From Octopus sinensis (taxonomy: Eukaryota), in assembly GCF_006345805.1 (NCBI RefSeq), contig NC_043006.1:47120001-47184000 (forward strand): DNA of 64,000 nucleotides, in the 5' to 3' direction. Within the stretch, counting starts at the first letter, position 1. Every line of letters starts with the position of its first letter. Of this stretch, positions 36,900 to 50,392 are shown piece after piece. The position numbers and the translations under genes were made by a program. Below the pieces are notes generated by a model. That model was not told the origin of the DNA, did no database searches, and worked only from the letters and a program-made list of their open reading frames with translations.

Positions 36900-39215
36900 A
36901 ATATTATTAGAGACAAAACCACTATTTTGCAAAACAAACAAGGAAAGACTTAATCAATACATAAAATTTTAATAAATAGTCAAAAAAACCGCCACTACAA
37001 TCGTTTCTTGTCTTGATCGACAATCTTCAGGTGGACTTCCAATCTAAAAATCAATATTTTAAAATATAAAAATAATAATTTTAAAATAATTAAAGTATAA
37101 ATGAAAAAATATAAGTATATAATCCATATATAACCTATCTATAATCCATATATAATCAATATATAAACAATATATAAACTAAAAAAACCTATCAACAATT
37201 AAATATAAAATATAAAATATAATATAAAATATAAAATATAAAACAAAACAAAAAAAAATAATAATATAATAATAAACTATATATACACCCATACACATAT
37301 ACCTAATATATATAACCATATCTAACTACATACACTAAATCACACACCTATATATATATCCCTATACATACACATAAAAATGTCTAGGCAACTATAAATA
37401 AATAAAATAGCTAAATACTTCAACACAATACTTATTCATACTCCCACACACACACACATACAACCCACATTCACGCTCTAGAAAACGGACATCACTCAAA
37501 ACTATGAACGGAGAAATGGAATAAATGGAATTAAAAATTATATTCACTTGGTAAAACGAACACTACTTAAAAATTATGAATGAAACAATGCAATAAAACA
37601 ACAGATATCGCAAATAGACACAAATTACTACGAATTCCTTATCAAACCTACCATGATAAACCAAAACTCATAAAAACATATAATGATAAAATCTCCCTTT
37701 ACTAAACTCTATAACAAACCTATATAGCAATTCCCCTAACCTAAACATTCACACACAAATACACACACGTAAACCACACACCCACAACATATACAAATAC
37801 CCACACCACTTACACATACCAATACATACATATAAACCTCAACATATACTCCAAAAACCCACTCAACCCCACACAGACAAATAAACACAAAAATTATGAA
37901 TGGATTCTTTTATAAAACTACCATGATAAGCTAAAACTCACAAAACAGAAATGATAAAACCTCCCTTTACTAAACAATAAAACATACTTATATAGCAATT
38001 CCTTTAACCTATACATTCACACACAAAACCACACGTAAACCACACACCCATAACAAATACAAACTCCCACCCCACTCACACACACCCACAAGTACATATA
38101 AGCCTCAACATATACACCAAACAAAATTACTTTACCAAGGAACTTAACATATGTATAAAAAGTATAACCGCTCTGGAAACGAACATCTCTAAATTAATGA
38201 ATGGAGAAATGGAATAAATGGAATTAAAAATAAAATTCACGTGGCAAAACGAACACCACTCAAATTATGAATGAAACAATATAATAAAACAACCAACATC
38301 GAAAATAGGCAAATTACTACGAATTCCCTAAAAAAAACCATGATAAACCAAAACTCTTAAAAAACATATAACGATAAAATCTCCCTTTGCTAAACTCTAT
38401 AACAAACCTATATAGTAATCCCCCTAACCTAAACATTCACACACAAACACACACGTAAACCACAGACCCACGACTTATACACATACCTAAACTAACTTAT
38501 AAACCTCCATATACACCAAAACCCACTCCCTCCCACACAGACAAATTAACTCATACATCCCAAACCTAAATAACAAACCCATATACTCATTCACACACAA
38601 ACACACACACACGCAAAACACACACACACAACAGATACATATACTCCCTCACATATACGCATATACATACTCACTAAACTCGATATATACAACAATATTT
38701 ACACACCCACACTCATACAGATAAATAAATTATACAACTAAAAACTCGCACACAATCTCATATACATAAACACTCCTATGAAAACAACATTAAATACATC
38801 GTAATTAACCAGAATATGAGTATATGTGAGGGAGTATATGTATCTGTTGTGTGTGTGTGTTTTTTGTGTGTGTGTGTGTTTGTGTGTGAATGTGTATATG
38901 GGTTTGTTATTTAGGTTTGGGATGTATGTGTTAATTTGTCTGTGTGGGGAGGGAGTGGGTTTTGGTGTATATTGAGGTTTATAAATTAGGATAGGTTTGT
39001 GTATAAGTCGTGGGTCTGTGGTTTACGAGTGTGTATTTGTGTGTATATATATATATTTGTATGTATGTATATGTATATAAAAAAAATTATAAATATAAAT
39101 TTTAAATTTTATATTTTATATATTTTGTAAATTATATTAATTATTTTTATTTTTATGTCTTCGTTTGTTTTTCACTATTTGATTTGCCTAATAGTGGTTT
39201 TATCTCTAATTTAAT
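36900..39215 (-). mobile_element. Composite PLE-derived non-coding element with hammerhead-bearing pseudo-LTR, internal tandem and inverted duplications
   Basis: HHR at 36992-37034; strongly C/A-biased body; ~693-bp tandem (37473/38168); inverted copy 38438-38663 vs 38815-39043; inverted end similarity ttagagacaaaaccactatt (36907-36926) vs aatagtggttttatctctaa (~39190-39209). Confidence 0.55.
36992..37034 (-). ncRNA. Minimal type I hammerhead ribozyme, canonical core
   Basis: Minus strand: CCAC-CUGAAGA-UUGUC gaucaa GACAA-GAAAC-GAUU-GUA/GUGG. Stem III ACGAUUGU is self-complementary with G-U pairs. Confidence 0.7.
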
Positions 39216-39252
39216 TTATATATACATATATGTACATGCATATATATATGTA

Positions 39253-39352
<100 letters not shown>

Positions 39353-39366
39353 ATATATTGACAGCC

Positions 39367-39417
39367 AGCGTCCTGAAGATTTCATCTGAATGAAACAGTT
39401 CTAGTCCTGTAGAAGCT
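39367..39417 (+). ncRNA. Hammerhead-like motif in a solo pseudo-LTR fragment
   Basis: AGCGUC-CUGAAGA-U UUC aucu GAA U-GAAACAG uucuaguc CUGUA/GAAGCU. Stem I has 5/6 pairs and stem II is weak; (TA)n on both sides of 39358-39500. Confidence 0.45.
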
Positions 39418-39514
39418 CCTTCTATAAAAAAAATTACTTTACTCTGCTATCTATTGAGTACTTTATTTACTGTGGTTAACCCCGACTCAACCCGGGACCT
39501 ACATATATATATAT

Positions 39515-39549
<35 letters not shown>

Positions 39550-39560
39550 GTGTGTGTATA

Positions 39561-39596
<36 letters not shown>

Positions 39597-40361
39597 TATA
39601 TATATATATGGGTGTATAGAGAAAACCTCTGAAGTCACAAGGACCCACTATTCAATGTTCACTGTCAATTCCTACAATGATATGGGAATACATTTTAGGT
39701 GCTAGTATTCGTTTCTAAAACGCAGCGCTAGATTTATATTACCACTTTATCTCCAGAATATTTGCAGCAATTCAAAGTGATATTTGGCAGCCAGCTTAAA
39801 GAGTGTCGTTATCTTGATAAAAATCATTGGCAGACAACTGAAGAGTGAAAAATTGAATCAACTAAGTCCATCTGAACCTTCAATGGTATGTTGGCAACTA
39901 AAATATGACTTTTCAGCACAAGTAAGGCAATATGATCGATAGGAAGATAACTTGGAAGAAATAATCTGAAACAGTGTTTCGCAAAAGCTTTTAAACACTG
40001 CAAACCTTTACAAAGAAAGCCAATTCAAATGGTCAATAAGTTTCATCTATATGTTATGCTGACGTCAGATCGTGGTGTTTGCTCCTCTCTGAAGCTTAAT
40101 GCTCTCGCAATTTACAGAACCGAGGGGTCTCAATTTTAAAATGTGAAAAACTGCGAGGACATGACAGACATTGACTGACGAGGACATCGGCTGGCAATGG
40201 TCCTTCTATCTTGTTTTTGCCCAGTTTCCTGTTTCTTAGGTTATCATCTATTTTTCCGTATGGTTTTTATTGGATTTCTGCTTACTGTCTCTTCTTCCTG
40301 TGTTCTTTCTGCTCAACCCTGGATATATATATATACCTCCGTGTGTGTGTGTGTGTGTGTG

Positions 40362-40535
40362 TGGAGACGCAATGGCCCAGTGGTTAGGCTAACGGACTCG
40401 CGGTTTCGATTCCCAAACCGGGCGTTGTGTGTGTTTATTGAGTGAAAACACCTAAAGCTCCACGATACTCCGGCAGGGGTGATGGCGATCCCTGTTGTAC
40501 TTTTTCGCCTCAACTTTCTCTCACCCTTTCTTCCT
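40362..40535 (+). mobile_element. tRNA SINE family D, 5' part
   Basis: ggagacgcaatggcccagtggttagg (A-box-like)...ggtttcgattccc (B-box-like)...acacctaaagctccacga. Confidence 0.8.
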
Positions 40536-40664
40536 GTCCCGTCCAGCTGGGGGGAACATATACGCCATAGAAACCGTGAAACAGGGCCCATGAGCCTAGC
40601 TAGGCTTGAAAAGGACGCATTCTATCATATATATATATATACATACATACATATATATATACAT

Positions 40665-40712
40665 ATCCGAGTTTCGGATGTCGGGCGGAAACCCACGCGG
40701 GCATCTCTTCAG

Positions 40713-40714
<2 letters not shown>
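40665..40714 (-). ncRNA. Truncated hammerhead motif between (TA)n tracts
   Basis: Minus strand CUGAAGA-GAUG...CAUC-C-GAAAC-UCGGA, then microsatellite; no cleavage triplet or stem I 3' arm. Confidence 0.4.
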
Positions 40715-40807
<93 letters not shown>

Positions 40808-41401
40808 ATATATATATACATACATACATATATATATATATATACATACATTTTGAGGATGTAAATTCCACTTAAAGGATTGCTAAGAACATTCCAGATG
40901 CCAACTGGCTTTATCAAATATATTGAAAGGTAGTTCCTGAATATATATGTATAAACAGTCTAAGAAATTATAAATTATAACGTTAATAAAAGAAAATGGG
41001 GAGGAAAAAATGTAATAGCTACTTGGTTCGTTTTATTTATATCACAATGGAAAAGTAATACAAAGCCGATTTCTCAAATTAGTTATTTTGTAATTCAAGA
41101 CCAGAAAACGTACTTAATTTTCCCTGAAGATACCCGGCAATATATCGTTTATTACATCTATCTTCGTTCGAATGTTGATGATTCAAAGTTACTGTGGGAT
41201 TTAATCATGAGTAGGAATTTTGCGGACATTTTTGGGTTGTTTTGTTGATCTGGTTCTTTTTAAACTTATTCTTATATGTATCACTTTTACTTTGCAATAC
41301 TTTTCCATAGTGATATAAATAAAATGAACCAGGTATGTGTTATATTTTTTCTTCTCCATTTACCTTTATCAATTATATATATGTAACGTGGCATACGAGT
41401 G

Positions 41402-41485
<84 letters not shown>

Positions 41486-41494
41486 TATATATAT

Positions 41495-41788
41495 TATAAA
41501 AAGAATTTTGAAAACGCCATGAATTTTAATTTTCTTAGAGATTTTACATGATTACAGCCAACGATTCTAATCAATGTGTAAGACAGCCATTATGCTCCTC
41601 CCTAGAAAACACCACGACGTGGAATCTGTTGAAACTAGTAAGAAACAATTATGAACTTTTTTGTTACACTTAACTTTTTAAAATATTTTTGATTCGGTTG
41701 GGGTTTTTTTAAGAAGAACTGAAGCATGTAAAATCTCTAAGAAAATTAAAATTTATCTTATATAGTGCCGTTTTCGAACTTCTTTTAT
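41495..41788. mobile_element. MITE-like element inserted in (TA)n
   Basis: Perfect 29-bp inverted repeat aattttaattttcttagagattttacatg (41522-41550 / 41725-41753) plus imperfect outer IR aaaagaattttgaaaacgcca / tgccgttttcgaacttctttt. Confidence 0.7.
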
Positions 41789-41904
41789 ATATATATATAT
41801 AATATCAAATGCCCCCAAAACATTTGAATTTTGCGTTGCGGTTTAGGCATCGAGGAATAAAAATGAAAATAATGTCAATAATATTTCTACTGTGGTAGGC
41901 ATCA

Positions 41905-42312
41905 AGCTTAGCAGTCTTTACGTTCTCAGTTCAAATTCGGCCGAGGTCGACTTCGCCTTTCATCCTTTTGGTGTCAATAAAGGAAGTACCAGTTGTGTAT
42001 CGAGGTCGATCTAATCGACTGGGACCCTCTCAAAAATTTTCGGGGCTTGTGCCTAGAGTAGAAAAGAATATTTTGTCTCATATAAGGCGTCAAGCTGGGA
42101 GAAAGTTTAGCACACCGAGCGAAATGTTAAGCGGTAATTCGTTCGTCGCTACGTTCTAAGTTCAAATTCCGCCGTAGTCGACTTTGCCTTTCATCCTTTC
42201 GGGGTCGATTAAATAAGTACCAGTTACGTACTGGGGGTCGATATAATCGACTTAATCCGTTTGTCTGTCCTTGTTTGTCCTCTCTGTGTTTAGCCCCTTG
42301 TGGGTTGTAAAT
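41905..42312 (+). mobile_element. Dimer of tRNA SINE family B
   Basis: Two units, each with ttctcagttcaaatt..gccgaggtcgact..gcctttcatcctt. Confidence 0.8.
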
Positions 42313-42318
42313 AAATAT

Positions 42319-42409
<91 letters not shown>

Positions 42410-43129
42410 CATACATACATACATACATACATACATACATACAAAGACATGGGTTTGTTCTTACTTAAGCACCGTTGGTTTGAATGGTACTTGTTAAGGC
42501 AGAATGTTAGTGTACATATACATGTGTTTGTGTGTGCATGTGTGTGAGTGTGTGTACTTATGCGTGTGTGCGTGTGTGTGCGTGTACGTGTGTGTGTACG
42601 TATGCGTGTTGGTGTGTTTATGCGTGGATAAGTAAGTGTTACTCTAAGTTCAAATTTACAATAACGACATCGCAAGGAAACCACAACTTTGCGCTACAGA
42701 TTTTCCATTCATATTGAAAATTAAATTCCGCATTTTAAGCTGAGACCGAAAATAAATGAAGTCTGCGTTACTTTTATTTATGTTACTTCTTTTCAGACTA
42801 TATACATGTGAAAGTTCTACTTCCTATTCTCCCATTCTTCATCAAATTCTTAAATTTGTGAATCTGAAATTTATACCGGAAACATCAATTAAATTTTAAT
42901 AAAATTAAAAGTACGTTCTTTGAAGAATGTTAACCATTGTTACTTGATTCGTTTATTTGATTTGAAAATTATATTGTTGTTATTTTGCTTAGTTAAGTTA
43001 TTTGAAGAAAAGAAGACAGACTACTTCTTACATTTGTTCGTAAACGAAACCAGATGTCAAAACGAGAAAGCAATTTTCAGGAGAGTGAAGTGAAGTTAAA
43101 AACAATAGGGACCATGCTTGTCTTTACAG

Positions 43130-43762
<633 letters not shown>

Positions 43763-43919
43763 GTAGAAAATATATAGCCTAGTGTCTGATGTGCTTGATA
43801 GCAATCACGATATTTCGTGTTCGATTCTTTCTGAGGCAGCGCATTGTGATGAAAACCAGCCAAGTAGTGGGACAGTAGACGTACATGCAGACATAAATAG
43901 ATGATACAGTTCAAAATTT

Positions 43920-44172
43920 GAGAGATGAATTATATACATTATTTACACTATTTACATTTGACGGATATTTGTCCGCAGCTTGTTTGTTGTTAAATATGGA
44001 TCCAGGATGTCCGTATACCGCAAGCCAACCTTCACTGGACGATGCCTCAACTTCAATTCCCACCATCCTTACAGTGTAATGAGAGGGATTACTCAGTGCC
44101 TAAAACATCGTATATATAAGTGGCGATCCTGAGAAACACCACGAAGAAATGATCAAGCTAAGTAACAATCTA
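43920..44172 (+). mobile_element. PLE RT thumb fragment fused to an inverted pseudo-LTR tail
   Basis: 44004-44172 = RMSVYRKPTFTGRCLNFNSHHPYSVMRGITQCLKHR/ISGDPEKHHEEMIKLSNNL (cf. PLE VYRKPT.T..YL.F.SHHP). 43920-43995 resembles an antisense PLE LTR tail I recall from octopus. Confidence 0.7.
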
Positions 44173-44298
44173 TTGATGTGTGTTCAAGATTTTCTTAATT
44201 TTTAAAGAGTATTAATGAATAATACTTAGCAAGGATACAATTGTTTCAACGTCTTCGTTGTTTTGAAAGATATAAAATAAAGAAAAAAGAAATCAAGT

Positions 44299-44418
<120 letters not shown>

Positions 44419-44472
44419 CGAAAATATCTATCTCTCTATTTGCCTATTTATCTATATATCTACACCCTCCGT

Positions 44473-44800
44473 GAAGGCGCGTGTGTTAGTGGTTAGAGCA
44501 TTTGGCTCACGATTGTAAGGCCGTAATTTCAATTCCCGGCGAGGCGTTGTGTCCTTGAGCAAGACACTTTATTTCACGTTGCTCCAGTCCACTCAGGTGG
44601 CAAAAATGAGTTATACCTCTATTTTAAAGGGCCGGCCTTGTAACATTCTGTGTCACGCTGAATCTCCCTGAGAACTACGTTAGGGTTACACGTGTCTGTG
44701 GATTGCTCACTCACACTTGCACATTAATTTCACGAGCAAGCTCTTCCGTTGATCGTTCCAGCTGGGACCCTCGTCGTCGTAACCAACGGAGTGCTCCTAC
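44473..44800 (+). mobile_element. tRNA SINE family C, near full length
   Basis: gaaggcgcgtg..tagtggttag (A-box)...ttcaattcccggc (B-box)...gtgtccttgagcaagacacttt...ccctcgtcgtcgtaaccaacggagtgc. Confidence 0.85.
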
Positions 44801-44807
44801 AGTCACC

Positions 44808-44891
<84 letters not shown>

Positions 44892-45055
44892 ATATAATAG
44901 GTGAGAAATAGATATGCCTAGTATGGAAAACATGCGGTAGTGACCAAAGGAAATGGAACTAAATCACCAAATTCTTCACTCGGGAATAGTGGCTATATGA
45001 GAACAAGACGAGATGATACAGAGGTAGTGATGCACATAAACCTAATCATGCTTCG

Positions 45056-45097
<42 letters not shown>

Positions 45098-45112
45098 TAC
45101 ACACGCATATGA

Positions 45113-45259
45113 ATAAAGTGTCTTGCTCAAGGACACAACGCCTCGCCGGGAATTGAACTCACGACCTTACAATCGTGAGCCAAATGCCCTAACCACTAGC
45201 AGACGCGCCTTCACGGAGGGTGTAGATAGATAGATAAATAGGTAAATAGAGATAGATAC

Positions 45260-45337
<78 letters not shown>
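45113..45337 (-). mobile_element. Inverted copy of the family C SINE head together with its upstream (TCTA)n flank
   Basis: Reverse complement of ~44350-44577 including the non-SINE flank tatttacctatttatctatctatctacaccctccg; about 10% mismatches by eye. Confidence 0.8.
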
Positions 45338-46153
45338 CGATGTCTCAAATGTAACTGTATTTATCTGCTTCAATACCTTTCCCTCTCCCTCTTCCTCTCT
45401 ACCCCTTCTCTCTCTACACTACACACACATACATATATGTCTATGTTTGTGTTTGTGTGTGTGTGCATACGCACGCACATACTTATTGCTTCTGTTTATT
45501 TTGCTTTATCTGGAAAATTTACGTTGCGAATAAAAGAATACAAGAATTGAAACAATATTACCACTCACCTTTATTCTAGTATAGAAATTAAACGTCGCCT
45601 TGTGTCTTTATATTGTCTTTCACCCACCGAAAACTAATAGGAATACTGATAACGGTAAATCGTGCTTTTACCGTTTGATGCAAGACATGCATGCGCGTGT
45701 GTATACGCGCACCGATAAACAAATCCATACACTAACGCACTGAGAAAAGGATTTAATCATACACATAGTTATACATTCATTATAGCCTGTTGATTAATGT
45801 TTCACGTTTAATATCACTGAGAACTGCTGATACAGTTAGCACCTGGTAAGATAGAATCATTTTGCTACTTCAGAACCTGCCTCTAGCAACTTCAACAGTG
45901 GGCGGAATTCCTTAGAAGAAACAAAAGCGTGTTGTACTTCCTGCTTTCTACCCTAAAAGCATCTTATTGAAGAAATAATTCATCGTCAACCTCTTCTGCA
46001 AGATGCGGACAATTTATGTTTTATTTGTAAATTTTTTTTTTTCGCTTCTTCTGAATATGTTTTTGTGTAAAATTCCTTACATTCAACAGGTATAAGAAGC
46101 AATTTGTCTTCCTCAGAGTAGCAGCAGCGGCAGCATCGGCGGCAAGAGAAATA

Positions 46154-46530
46154 CAGTAATACCTCGCAGTACGAGTTTAATTCGTTCCATCACCGAGCTC
46201 GTCTTACGATTTATTCGTTTTACAACTCAATTTTTTCCCCATTGAATTTAAGTAAAATATGATTAATCCGTTCCAGCCTCGCAAAAGCAAGCAAAAATAA
46301 TTTTTTATGGGTTTTTACACAGAAAGGGTGGCGTTAGGAGTAAAATGACAATTATAAAAAAGAGAATGCAAAAGAAATATGTAAACTAATTTTATTACCT
46401 GAATTACCTAAAAGATTTGTGTGCTCGTACTGCAGATTTTCGCACGTGCTTCAGAAACAAAATTCGACGATCTCGGCTCGTACAGCAAATTATTCGTACA
46501 ATGGTGCATTCGTACAGCGAGATTCTACAG
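46154..46530. mobile_element. Diverged Tigger/pogo-like MITE
   Basis: TA-cagtaatacctcg ... cgagattctacag-TA degenerate TIRs, with internal ctcgt/ttcgtac repeats. Confidence 0.5.
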
Positions 46531-47275
46531 TAGATATAATAGTAGTAGTAGTAATAGTAAGAAATTATTGAAGTAGAGAAATTAAATACGCTAGAGATAA
46601 ATGCAAAAACTAACGTAATAAACAAATAAATGGCTGAAGAAAAGCAGATACCCCCGCCTATTTCGCCCCAAATAACATATTAGACAGGCTTTTTGCTGTC
46701 CGCCTCTTTTCTAATTAGATCTCCAAATAGTTTGCATCGTTATACTTACTTCTTCACCGTTGATGGTTTGGACACGCTTCAAAGCTTTCACTTCTAACCG
46801 ATACACCGTTCTGATTTTCCAGTCAATAGCTTATAGTTAAAATATTTCTAGCGAAACTACAAAATCAATGCTTGTGTTTAAGAGAAATCAGCATTGTATA
46901 TCTCAAATTTATTATACATGTGACATAGTAGATCCTTTGCATTCAACATATCCCTAATATATATGAATATTTCACTGCTTAATAAAAGTACGGTGGACCT
47001 TTCTTTGGTTGCTCGATTTCCAACAAAATTAACGAAATCACCCTGTTTCTATATTACACCGTTTTAAACGATGAACGTGAGAAATAAAAGTTAGCAGTTA
47101 ATACAATATGACACCAACGTATTCGTTCAACTCGTAGTCGAATCTGTTGTCACCTACTGACAAGTCACAGGTTTAATGAGCATAATATGCTCTACAGATT
47201 CACTGTCTAACTCAGCAAGACGCATTAGAACAATGTGTAGGAAATACCATAAACACTTAAAAGTACCTCTTTACC

Positions 47276-47489
47276 CTTTACTCTCTTTTACTTGTTTCAG
47301 TCATTTGACTGCGGCTATGGTGGAGCACCGCCTTTAGTCGAGCAAATCGACCCCGGGACTTATTCTTTGTAAGCCCAGTAATTATTCTATCGGCCTCTTA
47401 TGCCGAACCACTAAGTTACAGGGACGTAAACACACCAGCATCGGTTGTCAAGCACAGGGGGACAAACACAGACACACAAAAATATACAC

Positions 47490-47532
<43 letters not shown>

Positions 47533-47702
47533 TACGACAGGCTTCTTTCAGTTTCCGTCTACCAAATCCACTCACAAGGCATTGGTCGGCACAGGGCTAT
47601 ATATAGCAGAAGACACTTGCCCAAGATGCCATGCAGTGGGACTGAACCCGAAACCATGTGGTTAGTAAGCAAGCTACTTACCACACAGCCACTCCTGCGC
47701 CT
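47276..47702 (-). mobile_element. CORE-type tRNA SINE (family A), full length
   Basis: Reverse complement of the family consensus. Confidence 0.92.
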
Positions 47703-48134
47703 ACAATAGAAATGCAAAATGACTGACAGTACCAAGACTCACATTTCAAAAATTCTCCGTCATATAGAAAAGAAAAAGAGATATAATAATAAACGACAGT
47801 TTTTGCAACATTATTCCTGCATCTGGTGTCGCGGTAGTGTCTCAAATAAAAATGTTAGAAAATATAATGTTTGTAGTCTATTGTACTAATTGTGGCACAG
47901 GGCCAGGAATTTCGAGATAAAGTGAAAGTTGATGATATCATCATGTCTTCAACTGTTATTTTATCGATATCAAAAAGATAAAAGCAAAGTCGACCGCTAG
48001 GGACATTTCACCTTAGAACGTAAAGCACCGGAAGAAATGCCGATACGCAGTTTCTCCGGTGAAGTATCAATCGTAGCATTTCAGTGCCTTTATTATTATA
48101 ATCTTTTTTATTACATGCATAAGGCTTGAAAATT

Positions 48135-48312
48135 CCGGAATGTGTACTAATCGATTACATCGACTCCAGTTCTCAACTGGTATTCTTTCATCGGCCCCGA
48201 ATGAATGAAAAGTAAAGTCAACCGCGGCAGAATTCGATCGCAATGTAAGGACAGACCAAATGCCTCTGCGCATTTTGACCGGCACAGTAACGATTCTGCC
48301 AGCTCTCCATAT
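48135..48312 (-). mobile_element. tRNA SINE family B fragment
   Basis: Antisense of gagctggcagaatcgtta...ccgcggttgactttactttcattcattcggggccgat. Confidence 0.7.
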
Positions 48313-48341
48313 TCCCTTATGACGATGATGATGATGATAAT

Positions 48342-48381
<40 letters not shown>

Positions 48382-48384
<3 letters not shown>

Positions 48385-48940
48385 GCCCTGATGCAGTACC
48401 AGGCAGTGGCTCTCATGGCTTCTGATCTTAACTTATTAGAAGTGTTATCATGTACATTGTTTTGTCTTGGTATAAAAGATGGGCTACAGCAAATATTCTG
48501 CTCAATACCACAGATTTGCTTGTCAGTTGTTTGACCATAACCAGTTGAGCATGTCCCTTAGTGGCTGACGATATGTGCATCTCTGATCACGAGCAGAAGT
48601 AGTGGGGAAGCATCATAGCCATGTGTTGAGAAGGATTCTTTGGGGTTTGAATAATTCACCTCTGGAAACATGGGTGTTTCGTTCAACGTCCTTAAACAAC
48701 CCTTATTCAGGGACCTTTTGAGCGGGATGGGTTACTCGATCTGAAGAAAATTCTAACTGGGCTCCACCTGCAAGGTCATGTGCTGTTTATCTTGATATGA
48801 GATCACCATGTCGCGCACATATGGTTGTGATGCATGTGCCTGGTGTACCCTTATCAGACGGGTAGTCATGATGGGTATACTGGGCTTCGTATATTTTACC
48901 CCAGTGTCACTTTGATGGCATGCTCTGCTCACTCACTCAA
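48382..48940 (+). mobile_element. Unclassified ~560-bp (AAT)n-tailed interspersed repeat, copy 1
   Basis: Colinear with 49806-50331; ends cactcactc(aat)n and is flanked by (AAT)n on both sides. Confidence 0.75.
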
Positions 48941-49181
48941 TAATAATAATAATAATAATAACCCTTTCTAGTATCGGTACAAAGCTTGAAATATAGGGGA
49001 ATGGGCCACTCAATTATGCAAAGACCCCAGTGCTCTACTAGTAATAATTTCATCGCCTCGAAAGTATAAGATGAAAGAAAAGTCAGCTTCGTGACAATTA
49101 GAACTGAGAACATTAAAGCAGGCGAAATGTCGTTAAGCATACTCTCCAGTGTGCCAGCGGTTCTACTAGCAAGCAAACCTC

Positions 49182-49230
<49 letters not shown>

Positions 49231-49284
49231 TAATAACAATAATAATAATAATAGTAACAACAACAACAACTACTACAACAACAA

Positions 49285-49380
<96 letters not shown>

Positions 49381-49381
<1 letters not shown>

Positions 49382-49650
49382 CAGAATGTGGAATCTAAAA
49401 ACAGAAACAATCCCTATCATAGTAGGTGCATTAGGCATGATAAAAAAGATATTCAGACAAATACATAACAAAAACACCAGGACTTACAAACACATATAAC
49501 ATACAGAAAATTGCACTACTAGGCACTGCACACATCCTACGCAGAACACTTTCCATACAATAACCATCAGAGCATCACAACAAACCCAAGGCACATAGAG
49601 CTACGCTCGGTAGTGAAGTGAAAGCACGCTATAAAAATAAAACTACTGAA
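49381..49650 (+). mobile_element. R4/Dong-like LINE extreme 3' end with (TAA)n tail
   Basis: RMWNLKTETIPIIVGALGMIKK...PGLTNTYNIQKIALLGTAHILRRTLSIQ* (C-terminus of an RLE domain), short UTR, (TAA)n tail. Confidence 0.8.
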
Positions 49651-49652
49651 TG

Positions 49653-49719
<67 letters not shown>

Positions 49720-49741
49720 TAATAACAATAGTAGTAGTAGC

Positions 49742-49799
<58 letters not shown>

Positions 49800-49805
49800 A
49801 TAACA

Positions 49806-50330
49806 GATGCACTACCTACAATAACACTCATGGCATTTGTTCTTAAATGATTGGAAGTGTTTGTCTTGGAATAAAAAATCGGCTACAGCAAATATTCTGC
49901 TCAATACCACAAATTTGCTTGTCAGTTGTTTGACCATAACCAGTTGAGAGTGTCCCTTAGTGGCTGACGTTATGTGCATCTCTGATCACAAGTAGTGGGG
50001 AGCATCATAGCCGTGTGTTGAAAGGAATTCTTAGAGGTTTGGATAATTCACCTTTGGAAACAGGGGTGGTTCTTTCAACATCCTTAAACAAACTTTATTC
50101 AGGGACCTTTTGAGCGGGATGAGCTACTCGACCAAAAGAATATTCTAACTGGGTCCCACCTGCAAGGTCATGCGCTGTTTATCTTGATATGAGATCACCA
50201 TGGCACGCACATATGGCTGTGATGCATATGCCTGGTGTATCCTTATCAGACGGGTAGTCATGGTGGGTATATTGGGCTTCGTATATTTTACCCCAGTGTC
50301 ACTTTGATGGCATGCACTGCTCTCTCACTC

Positions 50331-50331
<1 letters not shown>
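49806..50331 (+). mobile_element. Unclassified ~530-bp (AAT)n-tailed interspersed repeat, copy 2
   Basis: Diverged direct copy of 48382-48940. Confidence 0.75.

Positions 50332-50392
<61 letters not shown>

Noticed and set aside
40170-40210. CTGACGA-GGAC...GTCC hammerhead-like start
   Set aside because: Stem II is not followed by GAAA; no stem III or cleavage triplet.
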